A DNA stretch of 64,000 nt from Octopus sinensis (taxonomy: Eukaryota). The translations under genes and the position numbers were made by a program. The notes under the pieces are model-generated. The model ran no database searches. It saw only the letters and a list, made by a program, of their open reading frames with translations, and was not told the DNA's origin. The stretch covers positions 118,544,001 through 118,608,000 of the forward strand of contig NC_043001.1 of the NCBI RefSeq assembly GCF_006345805.1, read 5' to 3'. This document shows, piece by piece, positions 36,317-48,593 of this stretch; position 1 is the first letter of the stretch; each line of letters opens with the position of its first letter.

Positions 36317-36322
36317 TATCTG

Positions 36323-36393
36323 TGCATCGGCCGGGAATCGAACCCGGGCCGCCCGCGTGGCAGGCGAGCATTCTACCACTGAACCACCGATGC
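36323..36393 (-). tRNA. tRNA-Gly (GCC)
   Basis: GCATCGGTGGTTCAGTGGTAGAATGCTCGCCTGCCACGCGGGCGGCCCGGGTTCGATTCCCGGCCGATGCA; 71 nt, full cloverleaf, intact A and B boxes. Confidence 0.98.
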
Positions 36394-36595
36394 TCACAGA
36401 ATAAAATTGCTTATTTAAGTGATACATTATTTATAAATGAATTCTTAGTTTAGAACTAAACATTTGAATAAACCAACTAACAAACAAACAAACAAACAAA
36501 TAAATGAATGAATGAATATATAAATAAATATTTGATAAACATATTTAGAACCCAAAAGAAAGTAATGATTTCATTGCATCAAAGAGCAACAAGAC

Positions 36596-36647
36596 CTGGT
36601 CCGCACGACGCATGGCAGCGGGCATTCCACCACTGAACTATTCATGC
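36596..36647 (-). pseudogene. Decayed tRNA-Gly 5'-half relic
   Basis: GCATGAATAGTTCAGTGGTGGAATGCCCGC-TGCCATGCG aligns to the D and anticodon arms of the neighbouring tRNA-Gly; T arm lost. Confidence 0.75.
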
Positions 36648-37615
36648 ATATGTCTTCCAATAATCGTTTCTACTTTAGGTACAAAGCCTTAAATTTTAAG
36701 AGTCGGGTACGAGTCGACAAAATCGACCCCATTACTTGACAAATATTCTATTTTATCATCTCCAGAGGAATGCTAGATACAATTTCCCCTATGTTAAGAT
36801 TCTGCTTACTAATGAATTTTCGCTAAAAAGTTTTGTAGTCATTTGCTTTTCAAAAGATGAACATTTTTTTGACTGCAGCGATTGGATGTCGGCTGTGAAC
36901 GTTGTTGCTTCAGCCGTAAAATATTTACTGTAGATTACTTTTAGATTTCTTCATGATGCTTGGCTTATTCTTCACAGCCCAAGAACAGCTTTACAGTCAT
37001 CTCTTAACTCTCCTTAAGTATTTAATGATGATGAGAAAGGGAGTAAGTTTTTCTATTTTCCGTATAGTAGTGTTTACTTTGGTGTTGTATAATGTTTACT
37101 TATAAGGAGCGGGTGTGACTGTGTGGTAAAAAGTTTACTTCCCGAGCACATGATTCCGGCCGGATTCAGTCCCACCGTCTTTTTCTATAGCCGCGGGCCG
37201 ACTAAAGCCTTGTGGGTGGTTTTGGTAGACGGAAACCGAAAGAAGCTGGTGTATGTGTGTGTGTGTGTTTGTCCCCATCCCCACCGCTTTACAACCGGTT
37301 TTGGTATGTTTACGTCCCTGTAAATTAGCGGTTCAGATCGATAGAATATGAACCAGACTTTAAAAAATAAATAAGTACTGGGGTTGTTTCAGTGGACAAA
37401 AAAAAAAAAAAGTCAGGTTGGTGCCCCAGCATGGTCGCCGTCTAATGACTGAAACAGTAAAAGAGATAACAGATGAAGGAGATACTCCTGTGTGATTTCT
37501 GTTTCCCACTTCTGACTACCGGTCGCCAGCGGTTTGTTGTCGTGTTCAACAGTCCTGTTTGATATCATTTAGTCTCAGGACAAAGGGCTTAAACACTTGC
37601 CGATGCTGTTAGGGG

Positions 37616-37915
37616 CACTAGCGTAGCTAGAGTGTGTACCGCCCCGGACCCCACAAAAAACACATATTGTCTATAGCAGACCCCAAAGTGGGACCCCTTT
37701 AAAAGTGCCGCCCGGGGCGATGCGCCCTTACCGCCCCCTAGCTACGCTTGTGGTTGGGGGCACTAGCGTAGCTGGAAAGGCGGTCCGCTCCGGGCGGGAC
37801 TTTTAAAGGGGCGGTACTTTTCACCCTGTTGTATCCTATTGCTGTAGGTAATGTGTTTTTGCTGGGTTCGGGGGCGGCAAATGGATGGGCGGCACACATC
37901 CTAGCTACACTAGTG
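37616..37915. mobile_element. Two adjacent, oppositely oriented GC-rich MITEs (hAT-like): 37616-37752 and 37762-37915
   Basis: 15-bp TIRs CACTAGCGTAGCTAG / CTAGCTACGCTTGTG and CACTAGCGTAGCTGG / CTAGCTACACTAGTG; interiors are diverged reverse complements; about 8-bp GTTRGRGG on all three flanks. Confidence 0.7.
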
Positions 37916-38302
37916 GTTGGAGGTTACATAATTGGAGATGTTAGGTGGGTGATTACATTTTGTGTGATTATTTGAAATGGTGTTTACCTATTTTTAAAGG
38001 CTCACATAACCTGACATCAAGTTGACCATAAGGGCCAGAATGTTTACATTTGTCCGTAGCTTCGATTGCCACTGTATGCACGTGCGCGCGTATGCATATG
38101 TATGAGTACTTGTGTGGGGTTACATGTATGTGTGTATGTATGTATGTATGTATGTATGTATGTATGTATGTATGTATGTGTGTATGTATGTATGTATGTG
38201 TGTATCTATGTACGTATGTGTGTATGTATGTGTACGCGCGCGCACGTCCATCTGTACGTGTGTGTGTGTGAATGTGTGTGTGTGTATGTGTATGTGTGTA
38301 TG

Positions 38303-38481
38303 TAGGCGTAGGAGTGGCTGTGTGGTAAGTAGCTTGCTTACGAACCACATTGTTCCGGGTTCAGTCCCACTGCGTTGCACCTTGAGCAAGTGTCTTCTAC
38401 TCTAGCCTCAGGCTGACCAAAGCCTTGTGAGTGAATTTGGTAGACGGAAACTGAAAGAAGTCCGTCGTATATATGTGTGTG

Positions 38482-38525
<44 letters not shown>

Positions 38526-38741
38526 TATGTGTTTGTGTGTCTGTGTTTGTCCTCCCAACATCGTTTGACAACCGATGCTGGTGTGTTTACGTCCCCGTAA
38601 CTTAGCAGTTCGGCAATAGAGACCGATAGGATAAGTACTAGGCTTACAAAGAATAAGTCCTGCAGTCGATTTGCTCGACTAAAGGTGGTGCTCCAGCATG
38701 ACCACAGTCAAATCACTGAAACAAGTAAAAGAGTAAAAGAG
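38303..38741 (+). mobile_element. SINE family B (full length)
   Basis: aggcgtaggagtggctgtgtgg...ggttcagtccc...gtaaaagagtaaaagag. Confidence 0.9.
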
Positions 38742-38754
38742 TATATATATAAAC

Positions 38755-38871
38755 AATTGCAGCGTGGAAGGTGTTTATAAGCTATTTAAAGACACACAAA
38801 AACCCTTAGATTCACTTCAACATTTAAATTTAATTTGCCAAAATATTTTCGTCGCTTTGAGACGAAAATAT
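38755..38871 (-). mobile_element. Truncated copy of the Penelope-type terminal repeat
   Basis: Same ~100-bp sequence as 25160-25256 and the reverse complement of about 31277-31379; ends in an 11-bp fold-back. Confidence 0.8.
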
Positions 38872-38927
38872 GTAAAAGTGTGTATATATGTATCTGTATT
38901 TGTAACTTAACCTTATGAACTGTCTAC

Positions 38928-39051
38928 ACTCTCTGACGAAGCCCAGAGGCACACCCACGTACCTTAATCTTATCTACCAAATACTTCAGTTTACTGAAGG
39001 GATGGAAGTAGAGTGGGGTACTTTCACCTCTTGGCTGAAACAGCTGTAAGA
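38928..39051 (+). ncRNA. Hammerhead ribozyme motif (type I, long stem II insert; weak stem I)
   Basis: CTGACGA at 38933-38939; stem II agcccagagg/cctcttggct (9 of 10 pairs); GAAA 39037-39040; CAGCTG; TA; only 3 bp of stem I. Confidence 0.6.
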
Positions 39052-39640
39052 TACTATCCTACTTTCCATGCTCTACCTTATATATTTTAATAATTACTGG
39101 TATTTTTATATATGTAAAGCATAATATGTTATACATGTATGTATATTGTTATAATTGTTTTTTTTTTAATAAATAAATAGACATAATATAATGTCTAAAA
39201 GTTGATGAATGCCACCTCTTGATCCCCTCCATTTTCTTATTGCTGTATAAATTAAGGGTAAAACAACTTTTTACCCTCACCCATTTATTACATTCAGTTG
39301 TGTAATTGCCATGCAATGAAAAAACACTTGTATTAATAATTGGGCGTTCTCCCAGTAGTATATTGGATAGATATTATCTCTTGGATGGATTCACAACTTC
39401 TAACTCTCTTGGAATTATATATATATGTTTGTGTCTGTTTGTCCCCACCACCATCGCTTGACAACAGATGTTGGTGTGTTTACGTCCCCGTAACTTAGTG
39501 GTTCGGCAAAAGAGACCGACAAGTTAAGTGCTATGCTTACAAAGAATAAGCCCTGGAGTCGATTTGTTCGACTGAGGGCGGTGCTCCAGCATGGCCGCAG
39601 TCATGTGACTGAAACAAATATAATGATAAAAGAATAAAAG

Positions 39641-40010
<370 letters not shown>

Positions 40011-41089
40011 CGTAAAGAAAAGGAGAGAGTTGAAAGTGGCACCTGAACGCAGATTGTCCCATACTCTCTATTTCCATCTATCCTCCACTATAACCGGAAC
40101 CGGCAAACCCAGCTCTTTCCACTGTGATAGAGTTTCATCAACCTCCCTGTTGGAATTAGTCCATGCTAGGGAGAAGAGGATGTTGCCTACCAAAAGAGAG
40201 CAAGTGTGGATAGAGGTGTAGTGAATCTTGCATGCATGAAGTGGATTCGATCCACCATACCCAAATTTAAATTAACACTGCAACAGAACTTTTCCCACGA
40301 TGGAACAATGGTTTTTTTCTGTGACAGCAGTTTTACATTTTCCAGATGCCTTTAGCTAGGCCGAAATAATGTCTTCACCACTTGACCCTTTCTAACCTCT
40401 TCTACTTCACCAAAAGCTAGAATAGAGATAACAAGACCGCCAACTAAATCTATTGTTCTCAATGATATATCTATCATTCTGGATAGTTATAAAAGCAAGA
40501 ACACCCCAAGCAAAAATCAGTTAGTCACAGTCGGTGACGACTCAACGAGTCCAGTCACATGGTGACGACTCAACGAAGCCTGGCTAACCAGCTAGAACAT
40601 TGGTCAGTAAATGAAGTTTACTGTCAGCAACTGTGAGACAACGTCCTACAACTCTCACTAGCTCTAATTCTGTTCTCTTACAACATCATTCTATCTCTCT
40701 CTGCAATTACTACTAAACACTGAAGAGGGCACAAACACAAACTTTACTTCGCATGCTTTTTGGATTTATCATAACCTGCTCGTCGAGGCAAGGTATTGTA
40801 ACGTAACGGTAAATAAATATTTCCTTAAAACTTCATGCATTGTTCATCTTTCACATCTTACAACATGCAATTAAAGCAACTAATTTTTATCGTTACAACT
40901 GCTCACTCTGACATTTCATAATATTGATTACCAATCAGTTTCTCCTGCTACAATTGGTGACCCTCGACTTTAAAACTAAAAACTTTATCGTTACAATTAT
41001 TTACCCGTTACAGAGGGAAGAAAACGGGGAAGAGATAAAGACGAGCAAACCTAGACCCCCAAACCGTTTGGGCAATGCAACTTAGTCGC

Positions 41090-41345
41090 GGGAATCTGGG
41101 GTGAGTTTGACATATTGATCAAGCATTTGAATTTCTGAAGATTAAATCATCAAAGTATTGGAGGAACGGCAGGAATCTGTAAGAGGGACTATCTCTGAGA
41201 AAATACAATAGCTTAGGATTTGACAAGTAATTCTTAAGTATAAAAAAACCTTGGTGGGGATCAATTACTTCAAAGTTTTTAAAAAGTTGTTCGAGGTTAG
41301 GCATTTTGGATCTAAATATGGATTCGAAAGCTTGGTCAGTTGTAG
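41090..41345 (-). mobile_element. Second fragment of the CRE-clade element
   Basis: LEQLFKNFEVIDPHQGFFILKNYLSNPKLLYFLRDSPSYRF aligns with IEQLLKNIEAIEPDQGFFILRNYLLILKLLYLLRICSSYRF in ORF 33351-33899. Confidence 0.85.
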
Positions 41346-43049
41346 AGAAGACCGTACGTTAAGGAGATGGTGACAGAATGTCTCCTTTTAAACGCCGCAC
41401 GATCGCCTTACAAAAGAAGCCAAAATAAGTGCCAAAAGGAATAAAGAGAGGAACACAACCGTATAATGTATAAGAGAAAAGACTTTATTTACAGATGTGT
41501 TCATGTGGAGCAGAGTGTTTATCTATGAGTGCGACGTAAGTGTGTGTCTGTGCGTTCGTTCTGAGTACAAACAATGGTGTATTCGTGACAGCGACATTAG
41601 TGTGTGTCTGTGTGTTTGTGAGTGCGTTATAAGTGTGTACATAATAATAAAGAACAATAGAAAATGAGTCTCTCAGGATACAAAATGAATGTTCTGACAA
41701 GATGTTGATAAATACCAGTTCGGTGTAAGACACACCATAGCAGTTAGTTCTGTAACAGAGAGGCTGGTGGTCACAAGTGCAGAGCCGGTTACTACGCGTG
41801 TAGAAGTTGAGGCTCGATGCTGTGCCGAGTTACTTTGGTACAGAAAGTTCTCGCAGGTAGACTGGAGCTGTTAACCTTGGTGAGTATTCACAACAGCGTG
41901 AAGTTAAACCTGAACGATGTTGGTTGGTGTGTACGTAGACATGTTGGTGATGTCGATAAGCTTAGGGCGACGGTGGTGATGACGGTGTTAAGGTGAAGTC
42001 GACGATGGTGATGGCGACGGTGATGGAAAAGGTATTGGTGTCGTCACTGGCTGTCGCAGGAACATGGCTATCTCGCTCGAACCGGTTGGTCTAGGACCTG
42101 GATGCTCTGTGGTCAATGGTCAAAGACCAAAGACGAAAATGGTTTGTCATGACTGCCTTATAAAGAAATGAGTGCGCTCCAGAGAAGAACCTAGAAGACT
42201 GTTTCACGGGACCTTTTCTGAAGGTTGTGATTGGTTGGTTTACACATTGGCGCAAAATAAAGCAAGAGATAAAACTGCACCAAAACCAACCAATCAGGGT
42301 AACGGACACAACATGGCCTAAGCAGCCGAAGGATTGCTGCTATCTGCCACGACGTTATTTGTATTATATTTCTCAAACAGTGAGAATATCACTGAGGTAC
42401 GCTACACAATAATTGGGGATCCAAGGGAGCACCACGTTGATGAAGGAGGAATTGCGATTGAGGGGAGGGAATCAGTAAATAGTTCAGTAGTCTCGTTCTT
42501 TCCATTCGATTCATCGCTTGATCTCGGTTTGTTGGAAGTGCTGATCGATCAGCCAGCATTATAACCCTGCGAAGTAGTATTCAGCTTTCACTGTCTCTGT
42601 TCTGAAACCAGCTGATAACAAATTGATTAGGGTGTTCGGTTCCCGTTTATAAAGACATATTTCCAATTCCTGAAACAGGCAGCATGTTGTCTCCTTGGAC
42701 AATTCACCTCATTTCACGTTGTTCCAATCTACTCAGTTGATTGTGCAGCTCCCTTTCCCTCCATCTCCCACATTCTAGACGTGCCCTGGGTCTGTCAGAA
42801 ATGAGGGATCTCAGAGGATGTTTGTGACTGCATAAGTACCTAAAACAACAAAAGCAAGGCACATTTTATTAATATATAACTCTTGCAAGTGACGGCTAGC
42901 TGAATTGCAAATCACACACACACACACACACACACTGGGTGATGGGAGTGAGGGGTACACACCTGTGTTCTTGAAGAGCGCATAACTTGCCAGTGGCTTA
43001 AAAACCAACAAATTATCAATGGCTGAGAAATGGAGGGAAATAGATAGAT

Positions 43050-43098
<49 letters not shown>

Positions 43099-43657
43099 CA
43101 GAGAGAGAGAGAGACAGAGAGAGGGACTGAACAGGTAAAATTCGTTAGGATCTTTACTATTTTCATTCTGTTGTTATTTACCGTGTTGTTATTATTGTTG
43201 CTGGCATTTGTTATTGTTATTTGTTTGTCATGAGATTGTCAAAGATCACGCGATGCATTTTCCTTGTTTTGGTGGCTTTTAATCCTCGTCTTTTCGTAAG
43301 CTATGTGTGTATAATTGTGTATATACATGTGCGTGCGCGTGAATGTGTGTATGTATGTATGTGTGTATGTATTTAGGTGTGTGCGTGCCAGTTTGTTTAG
43401 GGATTATATATATACGCATGTTAGTAATATTTATGCATTTTCCCCTCTCCCCTCTCCCCCCTCTCTCCTTGCAAACACGCGCACGCGCATACATATCAGA
43501 TGCGTAAAAAGAGTGGATGGGTCGGGCGAGAAGTGATCCTCGGGCGCAGGTAGAAAGGTGTGCGGGGGGTAAAATATCCTCTGGCTAATCATATTTGTTA
43601 ATTAAAGTGGCGGGTAGCAAACGTGTCTATGCCCCAGAATACTGAGAACTCTTGCAA

Positions 43658-43698
<41 letters not shown>

Positions 43699-43954
43699 GT
43701 GTGTATGTGTATGTATATATATATATATATATATGGAATACATGCACACACACACACACACACCAACTAATGAACAAATATGATGAAGTAGGGTAAATGA
43801 AGATAATGAAGTGATAGCGTGGTCTGTCGGCCTTTCGTCTTAATTCATTTACTAATTAAAACCATTCAAACATTTCTTATATATATTATTTGTAATTTCT
43901 ATATTTGTTACCTGTTTTTTTTCTCCCCTTTTGTGAGAAATGCTTATGGTTGTG

Positions 43955-44105
43955 ATGGTGATGGTGATGGTGGCTGGCGACGGCGGAAGATTAGGTGGTG
44001 GTGGTGGTGGTGGTTTTGGTGGTGGTGATGGTGGTGGTGGTGATGGTGGTGGTGGTGGTGGTGGTGGTGTTGGTGGTAGTGGTGGTGGTGGTGGTGGTGT
44101 TGGTA
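43955..44105 (+). repeat. (GGT)n trinucleotide repeat
   Basis: Direct reading. Confidence 0.9.
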
Positions 44106-45191
44106 ATTGTCGTTGACGTCGTCTATATTGTTCTTGTTCTTGTTATCACAGCGGCAGGTTTATAATTATTTCATCTCAGAGAGGAAAGTGATACACTTAA
44201 TAGCTGTGAGTGATCTGACCAATATCGCGAACATTCTTAATATTTTGGTAAGTTTGTGGTTCTTTTTCATTTCCATATTTCCAATTCCTTATTTTTCCTT
44301 ATTTCTCAGTTAATTTTATTTTTCTCAACTATGATTAAGAAAAAATACTCGAGTCGTTATCATAAATTTATCGTGAACGGGTTTTATTTTAGACTAACTT
44401 ACTTGAAGATCTGATGCCTTTTTTTTTTTACCTTTTTACTCTCAGATTTGAAAGAAACTCAACTTTCTCTTAAAGTTTATATTATTTCCGTGTCTTACAC
44501 CTCACTTCACACGTTGATGTTAAGGGCATTCGTCAATGTTGGAAATATCTTTGGATCTGCTTGTGCTATCTGCACGTATAAATGCAATCCTGGGCAAAAC
44601 TTATTGAATAAGAATGGGATTTGCCCACGCACACAGGTCTGTCCACTCTGTGCCACTCATGCTTATCAAAGGGAAAGACAGCTGGTGTTTATCCCAGAGA
44701 AAGACCGTTGACACAGCTTTGCACCAGCGCCGTGGAAACATATTGCTGTCAGAATGCAAAGAGCTGAAACTGACGACGCTGCAACGTATCTTACCCAACC
44801 TTCTAACTGTTCTGCCAGTCCATCGCTCTGAATCGATTCATTTTTATTGATCACACACACACACACACACTAAAAGGAAAAGTTGACTCGGGTGGTATTT
44901 GAACACCGGACGAAGGGAATTGAAACAAATACCAAGAGGCATTCTATCCAATTAGCCAACACTGCAACGACTTAATTCAGTGTCTCATATTGGTCAAATC
45001 TCTTTGATTTTTGATGAATATCAAGATCAAAGTCTTCCACGGTGGAGCATGGCAATATTTTTTTTTTTGGGGGGGGGGGTCTAGATTACTTTAGAACAAA
45101 GCATAAATAAATAACGAGTGTATAAAGAGTATGTAAGTACTAATGTCCTTGATTAAGAATATTCTTTATTTCTGTCTCTGTCTGTCTGTAT

Positions 45192-45288
45192 GTCTCTCTG
45201 ATGATGGCATAGTTGGCTTACGTGGAAGTCTTTACTCAATAACATTGGATCCACAGGTTTAGTTGTTCTAGAAACAGCTGTAAGAGAC
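45192..45288 (+). ncRNA. Hammerhead ribozyme motif (type I, canonical core, long stem II insert)
   Basis: Stem I gtctct/agagac (6 bp, perfect); CTGATGA 45198-45204; GAAA 45271-45274; palindromic CAGCTG; GTA cleavage triplet; stem II only weakly paired. Confidence 0.7.
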
Positions 45289-45729
45289 TTTACGGATTTA
45301 CAATAACAACTTTGTAAAATGTTTCAATTATTGATTAAAGGCTGTAAAGTGATCCTACATGTTTTGCTTGTTCATCCACTGTCTCTGACGAGCTGGCAGA
45401 ATCGTTAGTATGCGGGACAAAATGCTTAACGGCATTTCGTCCGTCTTCCCATTCTAAGTTCAAAGTCCGTCGAGGTCCACTTTGCCTTTCATCCTGTCGA
45501 GGTCGATGTAATCGACTCCCCACCCCTACAAAAGAATTGCTGACCTTGTGCCAAAATTTGAATATGTATGTATTTATGCATGTATGTATGTATGTATGTA
45601 TGTATGTATGTATGTATGTATGTATGTATGTATGTATGTATGTATGTATTTATCTTCTGTATTTCATCATTTAAATTCTTCCTCTGAAGATGCAAAGCTC
45701 CATCTTTGGAATGTAGATAACGAAAGCAA

Positions 45730-45761
<32 letters not shown>

Positions 45762-45847
45762 CGTGTGCGTATGCATGTATGTTTGTTTACAGAGAGAGAT
45801 AAAGGCAGAGAGAGAGAGAGAGAGAGTCTGAATATGTAAAATTTATA

Positions 45848-45959
<112 letters not shown>

Positions 45960-46789
45960 CATTCCTTCTTGTTAAAAGCAAATGCTTAAATATTTAAATA
46001 CTGTTTAAGCCAATAACTTTAGATACAAAAGATAGGGATAACAACAGTATTAGGGACAAATAATGTCTACTAGGGTAAAAAAGCAACAAGAACAATGGTT
46101 CTGATTGTAGCACCTACAATATCAAGATTTGCAATAAGAACAAAGATGACAGCAGCAGCAGCAGCAACAACAACAATAACAACAACAAATCTTTTAAGGA
46201 GCTTTTACGTAGTCGTTCCATCTGCTAGATAGAAATAACAGTCAAATTAATCTCACGTCTTTAAATATGGGAAGGACACTTTCAATAACGTCGACGTGAA
46301 TACTCTTAAAAAAAAGGCAGAATAATTATGGTTGGAACGTCTTTGATCACACATAGGTCTGTTCAATCAGGGCTGATCTGAACCTGTTGCTCATCATTAT
46401 CATCAACGACCACGACGACGAAGGACCTTCTATGCTTGAAATGGCTACTGGACTTGTATTCTTTTTAGTTGAGTATTCCAGGTCCCTTTTCACATCCTTG
46501 TAGTCTCCACCTCTACCTGCTCCCCCCACCGGACAAAGTAATGCACTGGGGTACCGACATACGCAACTTACATTTATGCCGCAAATACATATATCATCTT
46601 TAGGCCCTGCTCCCGTGAGACCTCTGGACAAATGCTCTAAAGACGACATTGAAGTAGTTTTGTACAATTATCATCGGAAGGAAAAGTGAGCAAACCTGAA
46701 GAAGTGTTAAATGTCAACGAAATCTGTTGGCTTGATCCTTGTCCAAAGCTGCTGAAAGCCACCTCATTGGCTTGATTTTACATTCTTTT

Positions 46790-47021
46790 ACACTTTTACT
46801 CTTCTACTTGTTTCAGTCATTTGACTGCGGCCATGCTGGAGCAGCGCCTTTAGTCGAATCAAATCGACCCCAGGATTTATTCTTTGTAAACCTAGTACTT
46901 ATTCTATCGGTCCCTTTTGCCGAACCGCTAAGTTACAGGGACCTAAACACACCAGCATCGGTTGTCAAACGATGTTGGGGGGACAAACACTGATACACAA
47001 CACACACACACACACACACAC

Positions 47022-47120
<99 letters not shown>

Positions 47121-47283
47121 CATATATACGACGAGCTTCTTTCAGTTTCCGTCTACCAAATCCAGTCACAAGGCTTTGGTCGGCCCGAGGCTATAGTAGA
47201 AGACATTTTCCCAAGGTACCACGCCGTAGGACTGAACTCGGAACCACGTGGTTCGAAAGCAAGCTACTTACCACACAGCCACA
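46790..47283 (-). mobile_element. SINE family B with expanded (TG)n spacer
   Basis: Same head, central block and tail as 24055-24442. Confidence 0.88.
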
Positions 47284-47568
47284 ATGCATATGGAAATGAG
47301 TCTGTGTATTTACTTTTCTTTCTCACAGCATATATACTTCACTGTATATAATTCTGGGATGTGAAGCGCAGGCACAATTTCTGTAAATGCCGTGCTCGCT
47401 ATCATTTAGATATAACGATAGCTACATCGAGATGTCTTCGGTAGTGCCATGAAGCATCTCAGTTATTTGTATTTAATATCTAGAATATTTTCTGGTTGTA
47501 CACTGTATTTATATTTAGTGAAAATTATCCATAGACTATTTTCTTATTTATAATGTCTTTATGAATAA

Positions 47569-47961
47569 CTAGCAGTATCGCCCGGCGTTGCTCGGGTTTA
47601 TTTCGACCCTATAGAATTGGAATTTTTGAAAAGTAAAAATTTTGCATTATGTAGCTTGTTATTCTCTTTAAGCGAACATTTTTCTGGTTGAAATACACCG
47701 AAAAATGGTGACACAGCAGTCCAAAAATCGTAAAAAATTAGGGATTTTCATAGAAAAAAAGCACCCTTTTGGTGTAAATAATTTTTGGTGTTAACATGGT
47801 CCGATTTGAATTGTTTCTTCTACGGAAGGAAGAGCAAGCCTTCTTCTATCATACTCTCAATTTTGGTCAACTTGCGCCGCAGGGTCTCGGAGGAGATAGT
47901 GTTAGTTGAAGGCTACCAAACCTGCCATACACAGACAACTTCAGCTTTATATATAGAGAGA
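47569..47961 (-). mobile_element. Non-autonomous Helitron (393 bp)
   Basis: Minus strand A|TCTCTCTATATATAAAG ... CCCGAGC-AAC-GCCGGG cgatactg CTAG|T: 5' TC, subterminal hairpin, 3' CTAG, inserted between A and T. Confidence 0.88.
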
Positions 47962-47985
47962 TTGCAGATAGGTATTTTATAGATT

Positions 47986-48059
<74 letters not shown>

Positions 48060-48593
48060 CAAATACGAATTAGAAGCAGCTCGAGATATATAAACAAAAA
48101 CCGAAAACACATACTCAAGATGTGTCTGCTGTTAGATCGTGGGTCGGTTGCGTTTTCGACGTAAGAGAATACTTTCTCAAGATGCCTGGTGTAAAAAGAA
48201 AACAACACCTGAAAGCAAGTCATAGGAAAGCGAGACAATTCGTCTAAGGTTCCTTCTCGGAGCGACAGACATCGATGTTTCGTTATTGTTGTGACTTTTC
48301 AATATCGCACACCGAACCTGGCCCGCTGCAAGTTATATCGCCGGCCACGACAATACGCTAAATGGTGTAGGAACCATCTGCTGGCATGTCCCAGCATTTC
48401 ATGCCACACATATACTCACATACACATATGCACATATATACATACATACATACATACATACATACATACATACATACATACATACATACATACAACATGC
48501 ATGCATGCATGCATACATACATACATACATACATACATATCCACATACACATGCACACACATGCACTTACACATATATGTACTTATATTTATA

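Noticed and set aside
41760-42560. Possible decayed Gypsy gag or LTR region on the minus strand
   Set aside because: Only a faint VVLPWIP resemblance with multiple stops; no supporting motifs.
44448-44866. Overlapping ORFs in a non-repetitive-looking patch
   Set aside because: No recognisable domain in any of the six frames and no consistent splice pair.
45684-45735. ctgaagatgcaaag...ctttg...gaaa as a further hammerhead
   Set aside because: GAAA is not adjacent to stem II and there is no stem I or III pairing; at best a dead relic.
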